64,000 nt of DNA, taken from positions 137-64,136 of the forward strand of contig JANLHB010000016.1 of the NCBI GenBank assembly GCA_024654625.1. Direction: 5' to 3'. Source of the DNA: Patescibacteria group bacterium (GTDB lineage: Bacteria > Patescibacteriota > Minisyncoccia > GCA-002772825). Every line of letters starts with the position of its first letter. Position 1 is the first letter of the stretch. The notes below the pieces were generated by a model that worked only from the letters and a program-made list of their open reading frames with translations, was not told the DNA's origin and ran no database searches. Made by a program: the position numbers and the translations under genes. Shown piece by piece: positions 36,518 through 47,700 of this stretch.

Positions 36518-37021
36518 TTGCAATATATAAATATATTTGCTAATATAGCGCCTATGGACGAGATAGGGGAAATTAAATATGAAATTGAAGAAAATATAGA
36601 AGCCGACCCTAAATTGTATGAAATAGGGTATCTTTTGACGCCTTTAATACCGACAGACAAGCTGGCTGATGAGGTTAATCTGATCAGGAGCGCTATTGAG
36701 AAAGAAAAAGGTCTAATAGTCGGAGAGGAGGCTCCTAAAAGCAGGCAACTCGCTTATGAAATTAAAAAGTTTAATACTGCTTCTTTTGGCTGGATTAGAT
36801 TCATGGCAAGACCGGATGCTTTAGAAGGTATTAAAAAGAGTTTTGACGCCAATCTTAATCTTTTGCGATTTTTGATCTTAAATGCGGAAGAGGAAACAGT
36901 CTCTCAAAAACCATTTAAGACTATTAAAGCAAAAAGCGCAGAAGAGACACCTGAATCTTCTAGAGAAGAAATAAAAGAAGAAGAAATTGATAGAAAATTA
37001 GAAGAAATTGCAGGTTTATAA
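36518..37021 (+). CDS. rpsF: 30S ribosomal protein S6 with acidic C-terminal tail (start uncertain)
   Basis: YEIGYLLTP...SRQLAYEI...LRFLIL S6 core. Canonical rpsF-ssb-rpsR order. Confidence 0.7.
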   Translation: MQYINIFANIAPMDEIGEIKYEIEENIEADPKLYEIGYLLTPLIPTDKLADEVNLIRSAIEKEKGLIVGEEAPKSRQLAYEIKKFNTASFGWIRFMARPDALEGIKKSFDANLNLLRFLILNAEEETVSQKPFKTIKAKSAEETPESSREEIKEEEIDRKLEEIAGL

Positions 37022-37042
37022 AATTAATATTAATTTATATCA

Positions 37043-37489
37043 ATGAATTTAAATAAAGTTTTGCTTATAGGTAATTTGACAAGAGATCCTGAGTTGAGAA
37101 GTCTTCCTTCTGGAGCTCAAGTCGCTTCATTTTCAGTCGCTACCAACAGAGTATGGAAAGACCAAAGCGGACAGCGCAAGGACGATACACAATTTCATAA
37201 TGTTGTCGTTTTCGGTAAGCAGGCTGAGATAGTGGCGCAATATCTTAAGAAGGGGAGCTCGGCTCTTATTGAAGGGAGGATTCAGAATAGAAGCTGGGAC
37301 GGACCTGACGGAAATAAGCGCTACAGGACAGAAATTGTAGCTGAGAGAGTTCAGTTTGGTCCAAGGAGAACTGATGGGCAATCTTCTTCACAAGGAGCAG
37401 AAAAACATGAAGAAAGCGGTAAGAATGAAAGCGTTGATACTATAGAATATCCTGAAGACGATATTAACCCTGATGAAATCCCATTTTAA
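37043..37489 (+). CDS. ssb: Single-stranded DNA-binding protein
   Basis: OB-fold NKVLLIGNLTRDPELR and C-terminal acidic tail DDINPDEIPF. Confidence 0.85.
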   Translation: MNLNKVLLIGNLTRDPELRSLPSGAQVASFSVATNRVWKDQSGQRKDDTQFHNVVVFGKQAEIVAQYLKKGSSALIEGRIQNRSWDGPDGNKRYRTEIVAERVQFGPRRTDGQSSSQGAEKHEESGKNESVDTIEYPEDDINPDEIPF

Positions 37490-37520
37490 TCTAAAAAGCT
37501 AAAAATTAAAAAGTTAAAAT

Positions 37521-37721
37521 ATGAAACAGTGTTACTTTTGTACAAATAATATAAAATTAGTCGATTATAAAGATATAGAATCTTTAAAGAAATTTATTGA
37601 TCCTTTGGCGCGCGTATTATCAAGGAGAAAGAGCGGTACTTGCGCCAAACACCAGAGAAAACTCACTATCTCTATAAAGCGCGCGCGTTTCTTAGCGCTT
37701 CTGCCGTTTATCGGAAGGTAA
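37521..37721 (+). CDS. rpsR: 30S ribosomal protein S18
   Basis: CYFC...IDYKD...LRKFI...ISIKRARFLALLPF signature. Confidence 0.85.
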   Translation: MKQCYFCTNNIKLVDYKDIESLKKFIDPLARVLSRRKSGTCAKHQRKLTISIKRARFLALLPFIGR

Positions 37722-37740
37722 AAATTGTAAATAATCGACA

Positions 37741-37767
37741 AAAAAATCGCCTAATTGGCGATTTTTT
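37741..37767. terminator. Bidirectional terminator between rpsR and efp
   Basis: aaaaaatcgcctaattggcgatttttt hairpin flanked by A and T runs. Confidence 0.55.
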
Positions 37768-37793
37768 ATTAGGACATATTTTAGTGAGAAAGA

Positions 37794-38372
37794 TTATTTA
37801 CTAACTCTGTCTGTGTATTCACCTGTCTCAGTATTTACGGTTATTATATCTCCCTCATTTATAAATAAAGGCACATTTACATTAGCTCCTGTTTCAAGCG
37901 TTACTTGCTTGTTTCCGCCCTGAGCGGTATTACCTTTGATTGTCGGCGGAGCTTCTGTGACTTTAAGTTCTACTTTTATCGGAAGTTTTATCCCGATGAT
38001 ACGATCCTCAAATGTTAACGCGTTAACAATAGTATTTTCTTTGAGGAATTTAAGGGCTGGGCCAATTATATCTTCAGAAAGGGCAAAACGTTCGCCAGGC
38101 TTATTCTCATAACAGAACCAGATTTCATTTTTTTTTGGATTGGAGTATAAATATTTAATTTGTTTGGTTTCCATTTCTGCTTCTACTGCTTTGTCGCTTT
38201 GATGGAAAGAATGTTCGACAATTCTTCCAGATATCATATTTTTCAATTTTGTCTGGTTTACCGGTTTTCTTTGTTGTTTACGGAAAACATGCGAGTCTAG
38301 GACTTCATAAGGTTCGCCTTCGAAGATTATAAACTTCCTCTGTCGTATTTCATTGTATTCTAACATTGCCAT
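37794..38372 (-). CDS. efp: Elongation factor P
   Basis: KOW-like N-domain and EF-P OB domains. Typical length. Confidence 0.85.
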   Translation of the reverse strand: MAMLEYNEIRQRKFIIFEGEPYEVLDSHVFRKQQRKPVNQTKLKNMISGRIVEHSFHQSDKAVEAEMETKQIKYLYSNPKKNEIWFCYENKPGERFALSEDIIGPALKFLKENTIVNALTFEDRIIGIKLPIKVELKVTEAPPTIKGNTAQGGNKQVTLETGANVNVPLFINEGDIITVNTETGEYTDRVSK

Positions 38373-38411
38373 AATGACCTTATTTTATAGGATTTTAGGC
38401 CAAAAGTCCAG

Positions 38412-38444
38412 TTGCAACCTTTTTTGTTTCCAAAGTGTTATAAT
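38412..38444 (+). promoter_or_regulatory. Putative promoter of the ECF sigma gene (TTGCAA ... extended -10 TGtTATAAT)
   Basis: Extended -10 at 38436-38444. The -35-like TTGCAA is at a non-ideal 21-nt spacing. Confidence 0.35.
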
Positions 38445-38480
38445 ATATATAGAGATAATTATCGATTTTAAATTAATAAA

Positions 38481-39041
38481 ATGGATTTTGAAGATAAAAC
38501 AAAAAGCGACGAGGAGATTTTAAGTCTGTCTATTGATAGGCCGTCACTTTTTGAAATAATAGTCAATCGATACCAAAATGCTTTTTTGCGCAAAGCCAAA
38601 GATATTATTCATGATGATGAGCTCGCCAGGGATATTGTCCAAGAATCTTTTATGAAGATTTACATGAGTGCCTCTCGGTTTAGAGAAGTAGAAGAGGGGA
38701 GTTTCAAGGCTTGGGCGTATAGGATTATTTTAAATACAAGTTTTTCATTTTATAGAAAAAGACAAAAAGAGAGAATCTGGTTTGTTGATGAAGAAGTGGA
38801 GTTTTATGAGAATATTGCCGATGAGACGGATTATGTTAAAAGAAACGAACTTGAAGATTTTATAATCTCGGTATTTTCTAAGATGCCAAAAAGTTTAAGT
38901 AGAATATTGTCTTTGTATTATATAGAAGACAGGCCACAGAAGGAGATTGCGAAAATTGAAGGGGTTTCATTGCAGACCGTGAAGACTAGAGTTTATCGCG
39001 CCAAAAAAGAACTCAAGCGGGTTTGCGCAGATGTTGTATAA
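38481..39041 (+). CDS. ECF-subfamily RNA polymerase sigma factor
   Basis: Sigma70 region 2 and region 4 (SLQTVKTRVYRAKKELK). Confidence 0.8.
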   Translation: MDFEDKTKSDEEILSLSIDRPSLFEIIVNRYQNAFLRKAKDIIHDDELARDIVQESFMKIYMSASRFREVEEGSFKAWAYRIILNTSFSFYRKRQKERIWFVDEEVEFYENIADETDYVKRNELEDFIISVFSKMPKSLSRILSLYYIEDRPQKEIAKIEGVSLQTVKTRVYRAKKELKRVCADVV

Positions 39042-39043
39042 GA

Positions 39044-39394
39044 ATGATGCAAAATTATAAAGAAAGCGTAAAATTTAAAAAAGGAGTAATGAGGAGGATC
39101 TATGCCATCTGGCTTCTTAGAAATACTTTTAATTTAAGAACAGGATTATTATTATTTTTTGCCTGGCAAATGACGCTTTATATATCCTTTGGCGATGTTT
39201 TTGGCAATAGTCCGTCGTTTTTTGATATTCCTTCTATGTATAGTTTTATGCTAAGCGCTTTTTTGCATACAGAGATTATTGTCAAACTGTTCTTCGTACT
39301 TATATCTGTTTTAGCGTTTTTGTTTTTTAAAGATTGGATTAAAGGTGTTTTGAATTTTGTTATCCCCATAAGGATAAGAGGTCGTGTTAATTAA
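39044..39394 (+). CDS. Putative membrane anti-sigma factor (co-transcribed with ECF sigma)
   Basis: Starts 3 nt after the sigma stop. Small protein with 2-3 TM helices. No recognisable motif. Confidence 0.3.
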   Translation: MMQNYKESVKFKKGVMRRIYAIWLLRNTFNLRTGLLLFFAWQMTLYISFGDVFGNSPSFFDIPSMYSFMLSAFLHTEIIVKLFFVLISVLAFLFFKDWIKGVLNFVIPIRIRGRVN

Positions 39395-39413
39395 TAGCTA
39401 ATAGATTTAATTG

Positions 39414-39454
39414 ACGTAAAAGCCGTTCGTTAGATTGACGAACGGCTTTTACGT
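39414..39454. terminator. Bidirectional terminator between the anti-sigma gene and recA
   Basis: acgtaaaagccgttcgt tagattg acgaacggcttttacgt, a 17-bp perfect stem. Confidence 0.6.
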
Positions 39455-39470
39455 TTGTAAAAATTAAAGA

Positions 39471-40481
39471 TTATTTTTTCAATTCTTCTTTAATTTTTTT
39501 TTCTATTTCGTTTGATATTTTAGGATTTTCTTTAAGGAATAGGCGAGAGGCGTCATATCCTCGCCCGAGTTTCTCTTGTCCGTAACTGTATGAGGACCCG
39601 CTTTTTTCTATAATTCCATGATTTTCGCCGAGTGCCAGTAATTCTCCTTCTCTGGATATCCCCTCCGAGAAGATAAGGTCAAATTCCGCTTTTTTAAAAG
39701 GGGCGGCGACTTTGTTTTTCACAACTTTGGCACGGACGCGATTTCCTATTACATTTTCTCCTTTTTTGATTTGAGCGATACGTCTTACGTCAATTCTTAC
39801 CGAAGAGTAAAATTTAAGAGCCTTGCCTCCAGGCGTTGTCTCCGGATTGCCAAACATCACACCTATTTGCATGCGTATCTGATTTATAAATATTACTGAT
39901 GTTCTGCTTTTTGCGCCTATGGCTGTGAGTTTGCGGAGCGCTTGCGACATCAGTCTGGCTTGTTTCCCAACATGATAAGCCCCCATATCTCCTTCTATTT
40001 CGTCTTTTGGAGTAAGCGCGGCTACTGAATCAATCACGATTAAGTCCAGCTTGCCGGAGCGGACCAGGCTCTCTGTTATTTCAAGCGCTTGTTCGCCGTT
40101 GTCCGGCTGGGAAATTAGAAGATCATTTATTTGGACTCCAAGTTTCTTTGCATATTCCGGGTCCATGGCATGCTCCGCGTCAATGAACGCGCATAGACCG
40201 CCCTTCTTTTGAGCTTGCGCCGCCATAAGAAGGGATAAAGTCGTTTTTCCTGATGATTCAGGGCCGAATATCTCTATAATTCTCCCTAAAGGTATTCCCC
40301 CTACGCCTAGCGCTTCATCTAGTCCGATAGAGCCGGATGATATTACATCAATATCAACCTTAGGTGTTTCTCCTAATTTCATTATAGAACCTTCTCCAAA
40401 TTTTGTTTTTATGAGCTTGAGCGTGTCTTCTATGCTATTATCTTTTTCTTTTGATGTTTTTTCATCTTTCGCTTTCGCCAT
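39471..40481 (-). CDS. recA: Recombinase RecA
   Basis: [19 protein letters not shown] Walker A and the RecA core. Confidence 0.9.
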   Translation of the reverse strand: MAKAKDEKTSKEKDNSIEDTLKLIKTKFGEGSIMKLGETPKVDIDVISSGSIGLDEALGVGGIPLGRIIEIFGPESSGKTTLSLLMAAQAQKKGGLCAFIDAEHAMDPEYAKKLGVQINDLLISQPDNGEQALEITESLVRSGKLDLIVIDSVAALTPKDEIEGDMGAYHVGKQARLMSQALRKLTAIGAKSRTSVIFINQIRMQIGVMFGNPETTPGGKALKFYSSVRIDVRRIAQIKKGENVIGNRVRAKVVKNKVAAPFKKAEFDLIFSEGISREGELLALGENHGIIEKSGSSYSYGQEKLGRGYDASRLFLKENPKISNEIEKKIKEELKK

Positions 40482-40483
40482 AT

Positions 40484-40834
40484 TTATTTATATATTATTT
40501 CTAATGTTTTTTTTGTCTCTCTTTCAAATCTGTCTCTCGCTTTAACTTCTATTATATTATAGCCGAGCGACAAGAGCAATTCTTCGTTGAAAATGCCTTT
40601 TTCATCTGTAAATATCTGTCTATCATTTAAGAATAATTTGGAGATATTTTTTGTTGTCCCCTGCACTTCTATAAATGATTGATTTATAACCTCTCCGTTT
40701 TTCGGCGATGTTATTTCAATTTTTGGTCCTGTTATGAAATCTTTAACCTCATAATAAGAATAGCCGGCGACTATTATGAATAATATAGAGCCGATTATCC
40801 CTTGTGTAATCAGTTTGTCTTTATTCCCCGTCAT
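40484..40834 (-). CDS. Small membrane-anchored hypothetical protein
   Basis: N-terminal TM helix followed by a beta-rich 90-aa domain. Confidence 0.3.
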   Translation of the reverse strand: MTGNKDKLITQGIIGSILFIIVAGYSYYEVKDFITGPKIEITSPKNGEVINQSFIEVQGTTKNISKLFLNDRQIFTDEKGIFNEELLLSLGYNIIEVKARDRFERETKKTLEIIYK

Positions 40835-40860
40835 TTTTCTTTTTATTGTTTAAGCTATTG

Positions 40861-43122
40861 TTAGTCATCATTTTTAGGCTCCTCATATATCTCTCTTGGT
40901 TTTGAACCGTCAGCCGGACCTACAACCCCCCGCTCTTCTAATATATCAAGTAATCGCGCCGCTCTGGCATAGCCTACTTTTAATTTTCTCTGCAAATATG
41001 ACGATGAAGCTTTTCCAGCTTCTATTACAATCTCTCTTGCCTCCTCATATAGCTCGTCATCGTCTCCTGTGTTTGTTTCGTCATCAAATTTTTGGTTGAA
41101 AATGGAATTTTGTTCACTCTCGGCTCCGAAAAGGTTTAAAGATTGCGGACCATCAGCCGGCGGGTAATCTTCATACCGGTCTTTGAGGAATTTTACAACT
41201 TTCTTTACTTCGTTTTCTGAGATAAACGGTGATTGTATTCGTCTTGGTTTTGCCATATCGCTTGCCAAGTAGAGCATATCGCCGGATCCTAGGAGTTTTT
41301 CCGCGCCTGACATATCAAGGATTGTTCGGGAGTCAATTTGAGAAGCTACTTGGAGGGCTATACGAGACGGTATATTCGCTTTGATAAGTCCGGTTATAAC
41401 TTCCACAGACGGCCTTTGGGTTGATATTACCAAATGTATGCCTACCGCTCTGGACATTTGAGCGAGCCTTACTATGGCAGACTCAAGTTCTCTTGGATAA
41501 CTTGTCATTATATCGGCAAGCTCATCTACTATCACTACTATATAAGGCAGAGTTTCTGGCTTGTCGCTCGCATTTTCTTCATTCTCGTCAGATTCGGATA
41601 CTCTTTTTTGGTTCTCTTTAACATATGGCGCCAGTATATTTTTATGATAAGACTGGATATCGCGCGTGCTGTATTTTTCTAAGATGTCGTACCTCCTGTC
41701 CATTTCTCTTGCTGCCCATCTTAAGGCTAGAATGGCTTTTTTTGCGTCTGTTACTACGGGTGTAAGAAGATGCGGTATGTTGTTATAGAGTGTTAATTCA
41801 ACCCTCTTTGGGTCTACCATTATAAGTTTAAGATTTTCCGGGGAGTTTCTGTAAAGAAGTGAAGTTATAAGCGCGTGTATCATTACTGATTTTCCCGCTC
41901 CGGTTGCTCCTGCAATAAGTATGTGAGGCATTTTTGCCAAATTTGAGAAAAATGCTTTTCCTGAGACGCCTCTTCCTAGTGCGAAAAGAAGCGGGTAGGG
42001 AGAGTTTTGGTATTCGTCATCTTTCAGAAGTGAAGCTAACCCGACAATAGCTTTGATGGTGTTTGGGATCTCTATGCCGACAAGTGATTTTCCCGGGATC
42101 GGGGCTTCTATGCGGATTGGATACGCGGCCAAAGATAGAGACAGGTCATTTTGAAGAGCGACAATTTTTGAGAGTTTGACTCCTTCTGCCGGCTTAAGTG
42201 TGTATTGGGTTACAGATGGACCTATTGATATTTCGCCCATTTCTGTCTCAATTCCGAAGTTTTGAAGGGTTCTTTTTATGATATTGGAATTCGCTTTTGT
42301 ATCTCCGACCGCCGGTTTACCTTTATCATTTTCAAGAAGCGAGATTGGCGGAGGCGAGAACACTATCCCTGAACGTGAGCCTGATTCTATGATAAGCTCA
42401 GAACCCTCATCTAATGCCCCTTTTTTACTTGTCATTTTATCTTTTACAGCAATGACTGCTCCTTTTAATTTTTCTTCTAATTTAGAGGTTGAACTTCCAA
42501 CTGGACTTAGAGGCTGAATCTCCAAGTTTTTGCCTTCTTCCGGTTCTTCATCTTCTGCTTCATATTCGTCTTCATCGGTTTCTATTTGTGATTTTTCGTA
42601 ATCATTTTTTTTATTAAAAATTGGCCACTTTAAGAAATTTGGCCAGCTGAGTTTGAGTCTCATATTAAACATAACAAGAAGCGAGATTATAAGAATTGCA
42701 AAAAGAATTATGAGGCTCACCCAAAAGTCAAAAAGTTTTATAAGCGGGAAGGAAATTATTTTTCCCACAAAGCCTCCTGATTCTCCGTCTTTGAGGATGA
42801 TGTCTGTAATGCCTAAGCTTGAGATAAAAAAGAATACGCTACTGATAAGTGTTGCAAGCATAAAATTCGGCCTGAATGATGTCAGGAAAGATACTCCTGT
42901 TAAGAAAAAAGAAATAGGCAAAAGGAAAAATCCTCCGCCAAAAAGAAACTCAAAAAATTTGAATACTGACTCGCCGACCATGCCTGCTTTTCCCATTGCT
43001 GACAGCGTAAGAAACAGAGCAAGGACAAATGAGATTATTGCGAGGATGGAATGTTTTGTTTCTTCTTTTATTCCTGAATGCCATTTGTCGGTATTATTAT
43101 TTTTTTTACTCTTTTTTGCCAT
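40861..43122 (-). CDS. ftsK: DNA translocase FtsK/SpoIIIE
   Basis: N-terminal TM domain, motor Walker A GATGAGKSV, C-terminal gamma domain (YLQRKLKVGYARAARLLDILEERGVV). Confidence 0.85.
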   Translation of the reverse strand: MAKKSKKNNNTDKWHSGIKEETKHSILAIISFVLALFLTLSAMGKAGMVGESVFKFFEFLFGGGFFLLPISFFLTGVSFLTSFRPNFMLATLISSVFFFISSLGITDIILKDGESGGFVGKIISFPLIKLFDFWVSLIILFAILIISLLVMFNMRLKLSWPNFLKWPIFNKKNDYEKSQIETDEDEYEAEDEEPEEGKNLEIQPLSPVGSSTSKLEEKLKGAVIAVKDKMTSKKGALDEGSELIIESGSRSGIVFSPPPISLLENDKGKPAVGDTKANSNIIKRTLQNFGIETEMGEISIGPSVTQYTLKPAEGVKLSKIVALQNDLSLSLAAYPIRIEAPIPGKSLVGIEIPNTIKAIVGLASLLKDDEYQNSPYPLLFALGRGVSGKAFFSNLAKMPHILIAGATGAGKSVMIHALITSLLYRNSPENLKLIMVDPKRVELTLYNNIPHLLTPVVTDAKKAILALRWAAREMDRRYDILEKYSTRDIQSYHKNILAPYVKENQKRVSESDENEENASDKPETLPYIVVIVDELADIMTSYPRELESAIVRLAQMSRAVGIHLVISTQRPSVEVITGLIKANIPSRIALQVASQIDSRTILDMSGAEKLLGSGDMLYLASDMAKPRRIQSPFISENEVKKVVKFLKDRYEDYPPADGPQSLNLFGAESEQNSIFNQKFDDETNTGDDDELYEEAREIVIEAGKASSSYLQRKLKVGYARAARLLDILEERGVVGPADGSKPREIYEEPKNDD

Positions 43123-43170
43123 GGTGACATTATAAAGCGAAAAGCAAAAAGCGTGAAGCGGAAAACTTTA

Positions 43171-43216
43171 CCCCCGTCGCTCGCGCCTGCCTACCGGCAG
43201 GTAGGAGCGACGGGGG
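43171..43216. repeat. REP-like palindrome family 2 copy
   Basis: cccccgtcgctcgcgcctgcctaccggcaggtaggagcgacggggg. Near-identical to the reverse complement of 7426-7469. Confidence 0.6.
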
Positions 43217-43251
43217 TTTACTTTTTTCTGTTTAAGTTTTAAGTTTAAGTT

Positions 43252-44097
43252 ATGGCAAATGAAGAGACTTACAATTATCTGACGGATAGGGTTGGGAAGA
43301 TCACAAGCGCCTTATACAAGGTGACGGATTTTATGTCTGATAAAGAGCCTCTCAAGTGGTCTTTAAGAGGCGCTTCAGTCAACATTTTGATAAATGTTGT
43401 CTCTTTGAAAGATAAAGACTCTCAAGGCAAGATAACTTCTTTTGCAGAGATATTTGAATCTTTAAATAAGGTTATCCATATGCTTGATATCGCAAGTATT
43501 AGCAGTTTTATAGCCGGTTTGAATTTTGAAATTCTAAAGAGAGAATATGAGAAAATAGGAGAGCTTATAGAGACCGATAAGAAAGAAGAAATACTATTTT
43601 CTGATAAGCTGTTTCCTGAGTTGACCGATAGTGTTCATAAGGATAAATATTTTAATAAAGGACAAACAGACATTCATAATGGACAGTATAAAGGACAAGC
43701 ATTGGATAAAGGACAGGGCTTATATAAAGGACATAGCTATAAAGGACAAGGACAAAATATGTCCGTTATGAATAGTTATTATGGTGTAGGGGGTATTCAA
43801 GATAAGCAACGCTTAGGCAGTAAGAATAGTGGCCTTAATCAAAATAAAAATATATCTAATAATAATGAAAATATTATTAATAAAAATCAGTTTATAGACA
43901 GTCAAAAGGACGCTCAATTAAGGGATATCATTGATTTTATTAAGAAGAATGGACATGTAACTATAAAGGACATCTCTTCTAATTTTCCGAAGATGAGCCA
44001 GAAGACGATACAAAGAAGATTGCTTTATGTGGTAGATAATGGACTCTTGGAAAAAGAAGGTGACAAACGCTGGAGAAGGTATTTTGTAAAAAAATAA
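43252..44097 (+). CDS. Hypothetical protein with KGQ-rich low-complexity linker and C-terminal winged-helix-like DNA-binding domain
   Basis: Repeats NKGQ/YKGQ/DKGQ. C-terminal DIIDFIKKNGHVTIKDISSNFPKMSQKTIQRRLLYVVDNGLLEKEG resembles a wHTH. Confidence 0.3.
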   Translation: MANEETYNYLTDRVGKITSALYKVTDFMSDKEPLKWSLRGASVNILINVVSLKDKDSQGKITSFAEIFESLNKVIHMLDIASISSFIAGLNFEILKREYEKIGELIETDKKEEILFSDKLFPELTDSVHKDKYFNKGQTDIHNGQYKGQALDKGQGLYKGHSYKGQGQNMSVMNSYYGVGGIQDKQRLGSKNSGLNQNKNISNNNENIINKNQFIDSQKDAQLRDIIDFIKKNGHVTIKDISSNFPKMSQKTIQRRLLYVVDNGLLEKEGDKRWRRYFVKK

Positions 44098-44101
44098 AAT
44101 A

Positions 44102-44125
44102 GTCAATCCGCCACGGCGGATTGAC
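44102..44125. terminator. Terminator hairpin GTCAATCCGCCACGGCGGATTGAC (second identical copy)
   Basis: Identical to 11747-11770. Followed by a T-run. Confidence 0.6.
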
Positions 44126-44737
44126 TATTTTTTTACAGAATCCTCCTTGTTTTGTGGTAACTTGGAGTAGTCTTTACAACATTATAATATATGGTCCTGT
44201 CTACGTTTTTATTGACTTTAAGAGGGGTGAAAATATATACTTTAATATACCTTATATACAGGCTTAGGGTCATTGGCCCGGCTTATTTATTATAAGGGCT
44301 AGAGTTATCCACATTATAATTTTGAAAGAGATACTTGACGATTTATAATGTGTTTAAGTTAGATGATTTGATTTGACTGCGCGCCTTTTTATTGTAGCAT
44401 CGGGTTTAGTAAGTCTGAGTGAAAGAGGGCACATTGAAAACAAAATATTTACGGATGAAAAGATTGAAATTCAGGTCAGTTAAAAAGTTTATTTTATTGT
44501 AATTTCTCCTTGCATCTTTTCGTCTGAAAAGACGACCTGGTGTCGGGGTTAATTAAATTAGTAATTATTAGTTTAGTAGTTGCATAGAATTATTTAGGAA
44601 CTGTCGAACTTAAATTTCTCTATGCTTATGATAATTTTGTGAATGTTTTATTGACTCACGTAAACTCGTTAATCCGTTAATACGGAGCGAAGCGCGACGA
44701 GATAAAGTACAACGAGATTATTAATTAGAAACAATTT

Positions 44738-47700
44738 ATGAGTAGATTTAAGAAATCTAGATTGAGTAAAATAGTTTCTGTAACTTTAGGTCTTACGACT
44801 GCTGTTATGATGTTTGGCGGAGTATTGGTTACTCCAGCAAGCGCGGCAACAGTTGAAGAACTTCAGGCGCAGATCGCAACTCTTCTTGCTCAGATCCAAG
44901 CTTTACAGAGTCAGATGTCTGGCATCTCAGGCGGGTCTGTTGCTACAGGAACAGTTTGCGGATTCACATTCGGTGCGAATTTGAAGCAGGGTGATACAGG
45001 GTCAGATGCTATGAATCTTCAAAAGGTTCTTAACTCAGATCAAGCAACACAAGTTGCTTCAAGTGGAGTTGGCTCAACAGGGAACGAATCATCGTATTTC
45101 GGTTCTTTGACAAAGTCAGCTGTTATCAAATTCCAAAACAAATACGCTTCTGATGTTTTGACCCCAGTTGGTCTTACAACAGGAACAGGTTATGTTGGTC
45201 CTTCCACTAGAGCTAAGTTAAATGCTCTCTTTGGAACATGTGCGCCAACTACACCTCCAACAACAGGCGAAGACACAACACCTCCACCAACTTCAGTTGG
45301 TACAGGACTTACAGTATCTTCTGTCGCTCAACCAACAGCATCACTTGCAGTTGAGAGCGCAGCAAGACTTCCATTCACTAAAGTTGCTTTGACAGCTTCA
45401 GCAGATGGAGACGTTACTGTAAATTCAATCCTTGTTGAAAGAACAGGTTTGGCGCAAGACGCTGTTTTTGCCGGAATCGTCCTTTTGGATGAGAACGGAA
45501 ATCAGATCGGTATCGCTAAGACTTTGAACTCAGTTCACCAGGCAACAGTAGGAGATCCTTTTGTTGTTAAGGCTGGACAGACAAGAACAGTTACAATCGC
45601 TGGAAATATGCTAGCAAGCCTAGACAGCTACGCTGGTCAGGTTGCATTCCTTTCAGTTGTTAAAGTAAATACTTCAGCTAATGTATCAGGAGCGCTTCCT
45701 ATTACAGGCGCTGGACACACAATAAACATTAATCTTGCAATAGGTTCAGCTACTCCTGCAGTAGGAGGACTTGATCCTAATGCAAGCGCAAGCAAGCCAA
45801 TCGGTACAACCGGTTATACTTTCGCTTCAGTTAAGGTTACATCTGGTTCAGCTGAGAAAATTCGTTTGAATTCTATCAGATGGAATCAGTCAGGTTCAGT
45901 CGGTTCTACAGACTTGGAGAATTTGAAGACTTATGTTGACGGTACAGCTTATGACGTAGTCGCAAGCTCAAATGGTCAATATTACACTACAAACTTCGGC
46001 TCAGGAATCGTTATTGATAAAGGTTCTTCAAAAGAAGTCTCTATCAAAGGTGATATCGCAGGTGGTTCAGGAAGAACAATAATATTTGATATCTACAAGA
46101 ATACTGATATCAATGTAACAGGCGAGACATTCGGTTATGGAATCACTCCTTCAGGAGAGACTACAGCTACAGCAGCTGACACTTCATCACAATTCACTAC
46201 AGGAACACCATGGTTTGATGGTTCTAAAGTGACAGTATCAGCTGGAACTCTTAATGTTCAGAAGGCTACTACAGTAGAAGCTCAGAACATTGCAGAGAAC
46301 GTAACTGATCAGCCTCTTGGCGGTTTCTTGGTAGAAGCTAAGGGTGAAGAAATTTCTGCTGCAAGCTTGGTATTCCATTTCACAATTGCTACAACATCAG
46401 GTTCAGCGCAAAGCGTTGCAGACGTCACTAATATTACTTTGGTTGATGAAAACGGCAGCATAGTTGCTGGTCCTGCAGACGGAGCAACAGTGGGACTTTC
46501 AGGCGGTACAGTTACATTCTCTGATACAGTTACATTCCCAATCGGTAAACACCTTTACCAATTGAAAGGTAAGATAGGAACTGATTTCGCTAATAACGAC
46601 ACAATTCAGGCTTCTACTACACCTTCAACAGATTGGACGACTGTTACAGGTCAGGTTACTGGAAACAGTATTACACCTTCACCTACATCAGCAGTTGTAG
46701 CTAATACAATGACTGTTAAGGCGTCATCATTGACAATTTCCGTATCACCGGATCCAGCTGCTCAGACAGTTGTTGCCGGAGGTACATTCACTTTTGCTAA
46801 TTATTACTTTGATACAACTGCTTCAGGTGAAGACATCAAGATGTCAACATTGCCTCTAGCTTACGGTGTGTCAGGTGACGGTTCAGCAACAAACCTTACA
46901 AGCTGTGCTTTGTATGACGGCGCTTCACAGATAACAACAGGTTCAAATGTTGTTAATCCTTCAGCTGCCGGTTCTTCAACATCATTCACTATTGATGGAT
47001 CAGGACTTGTAATTCCTAAAGGAACAGTTAAGACAGTTTCATTGAAATGTGATATAGCTGGAAATGCCACAGGTATGTACCTATGGGGAATTGATTCAGC
47101 AGCCACATTTGCAGGAACAGGCTTAACATCAAATCAGTCAGTTACTCCTACAGCTACAGACGCGAATGGTCAGTTGATAACACTGGCTTCAAGCGGATCA
47201 TTCACAGTAGCCCTTGATACTGGTAAGAGCCCTTCATCTAAAGCTGCGGCTGTAGCCGGTTCAACAGGTAATACTGTAGGTGTATTGAAGTTCCATGCTA
47301 CAAACGAAGCAATTGATATTACTAGAGTTGCTCTACAGATAACATCTGCTTCAACATCTAGAAATGACATTGTAAGAGTTACATTGCATGACTACGATTC
47401 AGGTGCGCAGGTTGGCGAAGCATTCTTCACGACTGCTAACAACGCAACATCAACATTAACAAGCGCTTTCAGAATTCCAAAAGATTCTGATAAGTATATG
47501 ACAGTTAAAGCTGATCTTGCTACAATCGGCACAACAGGTCTTGGTACACAAGGTCACTTGGTAACAGTTGATTATGACGGCACTGATTCAACTGGTACAA
47601 GAGGTACAGGTGTAAATTCAGGCTCTACAATCAACACAGGTTCAACAGCTGACTCAGCTGTAAATGGTTTGAGGATGTTCAAATCTCTACCTACAGTTGC

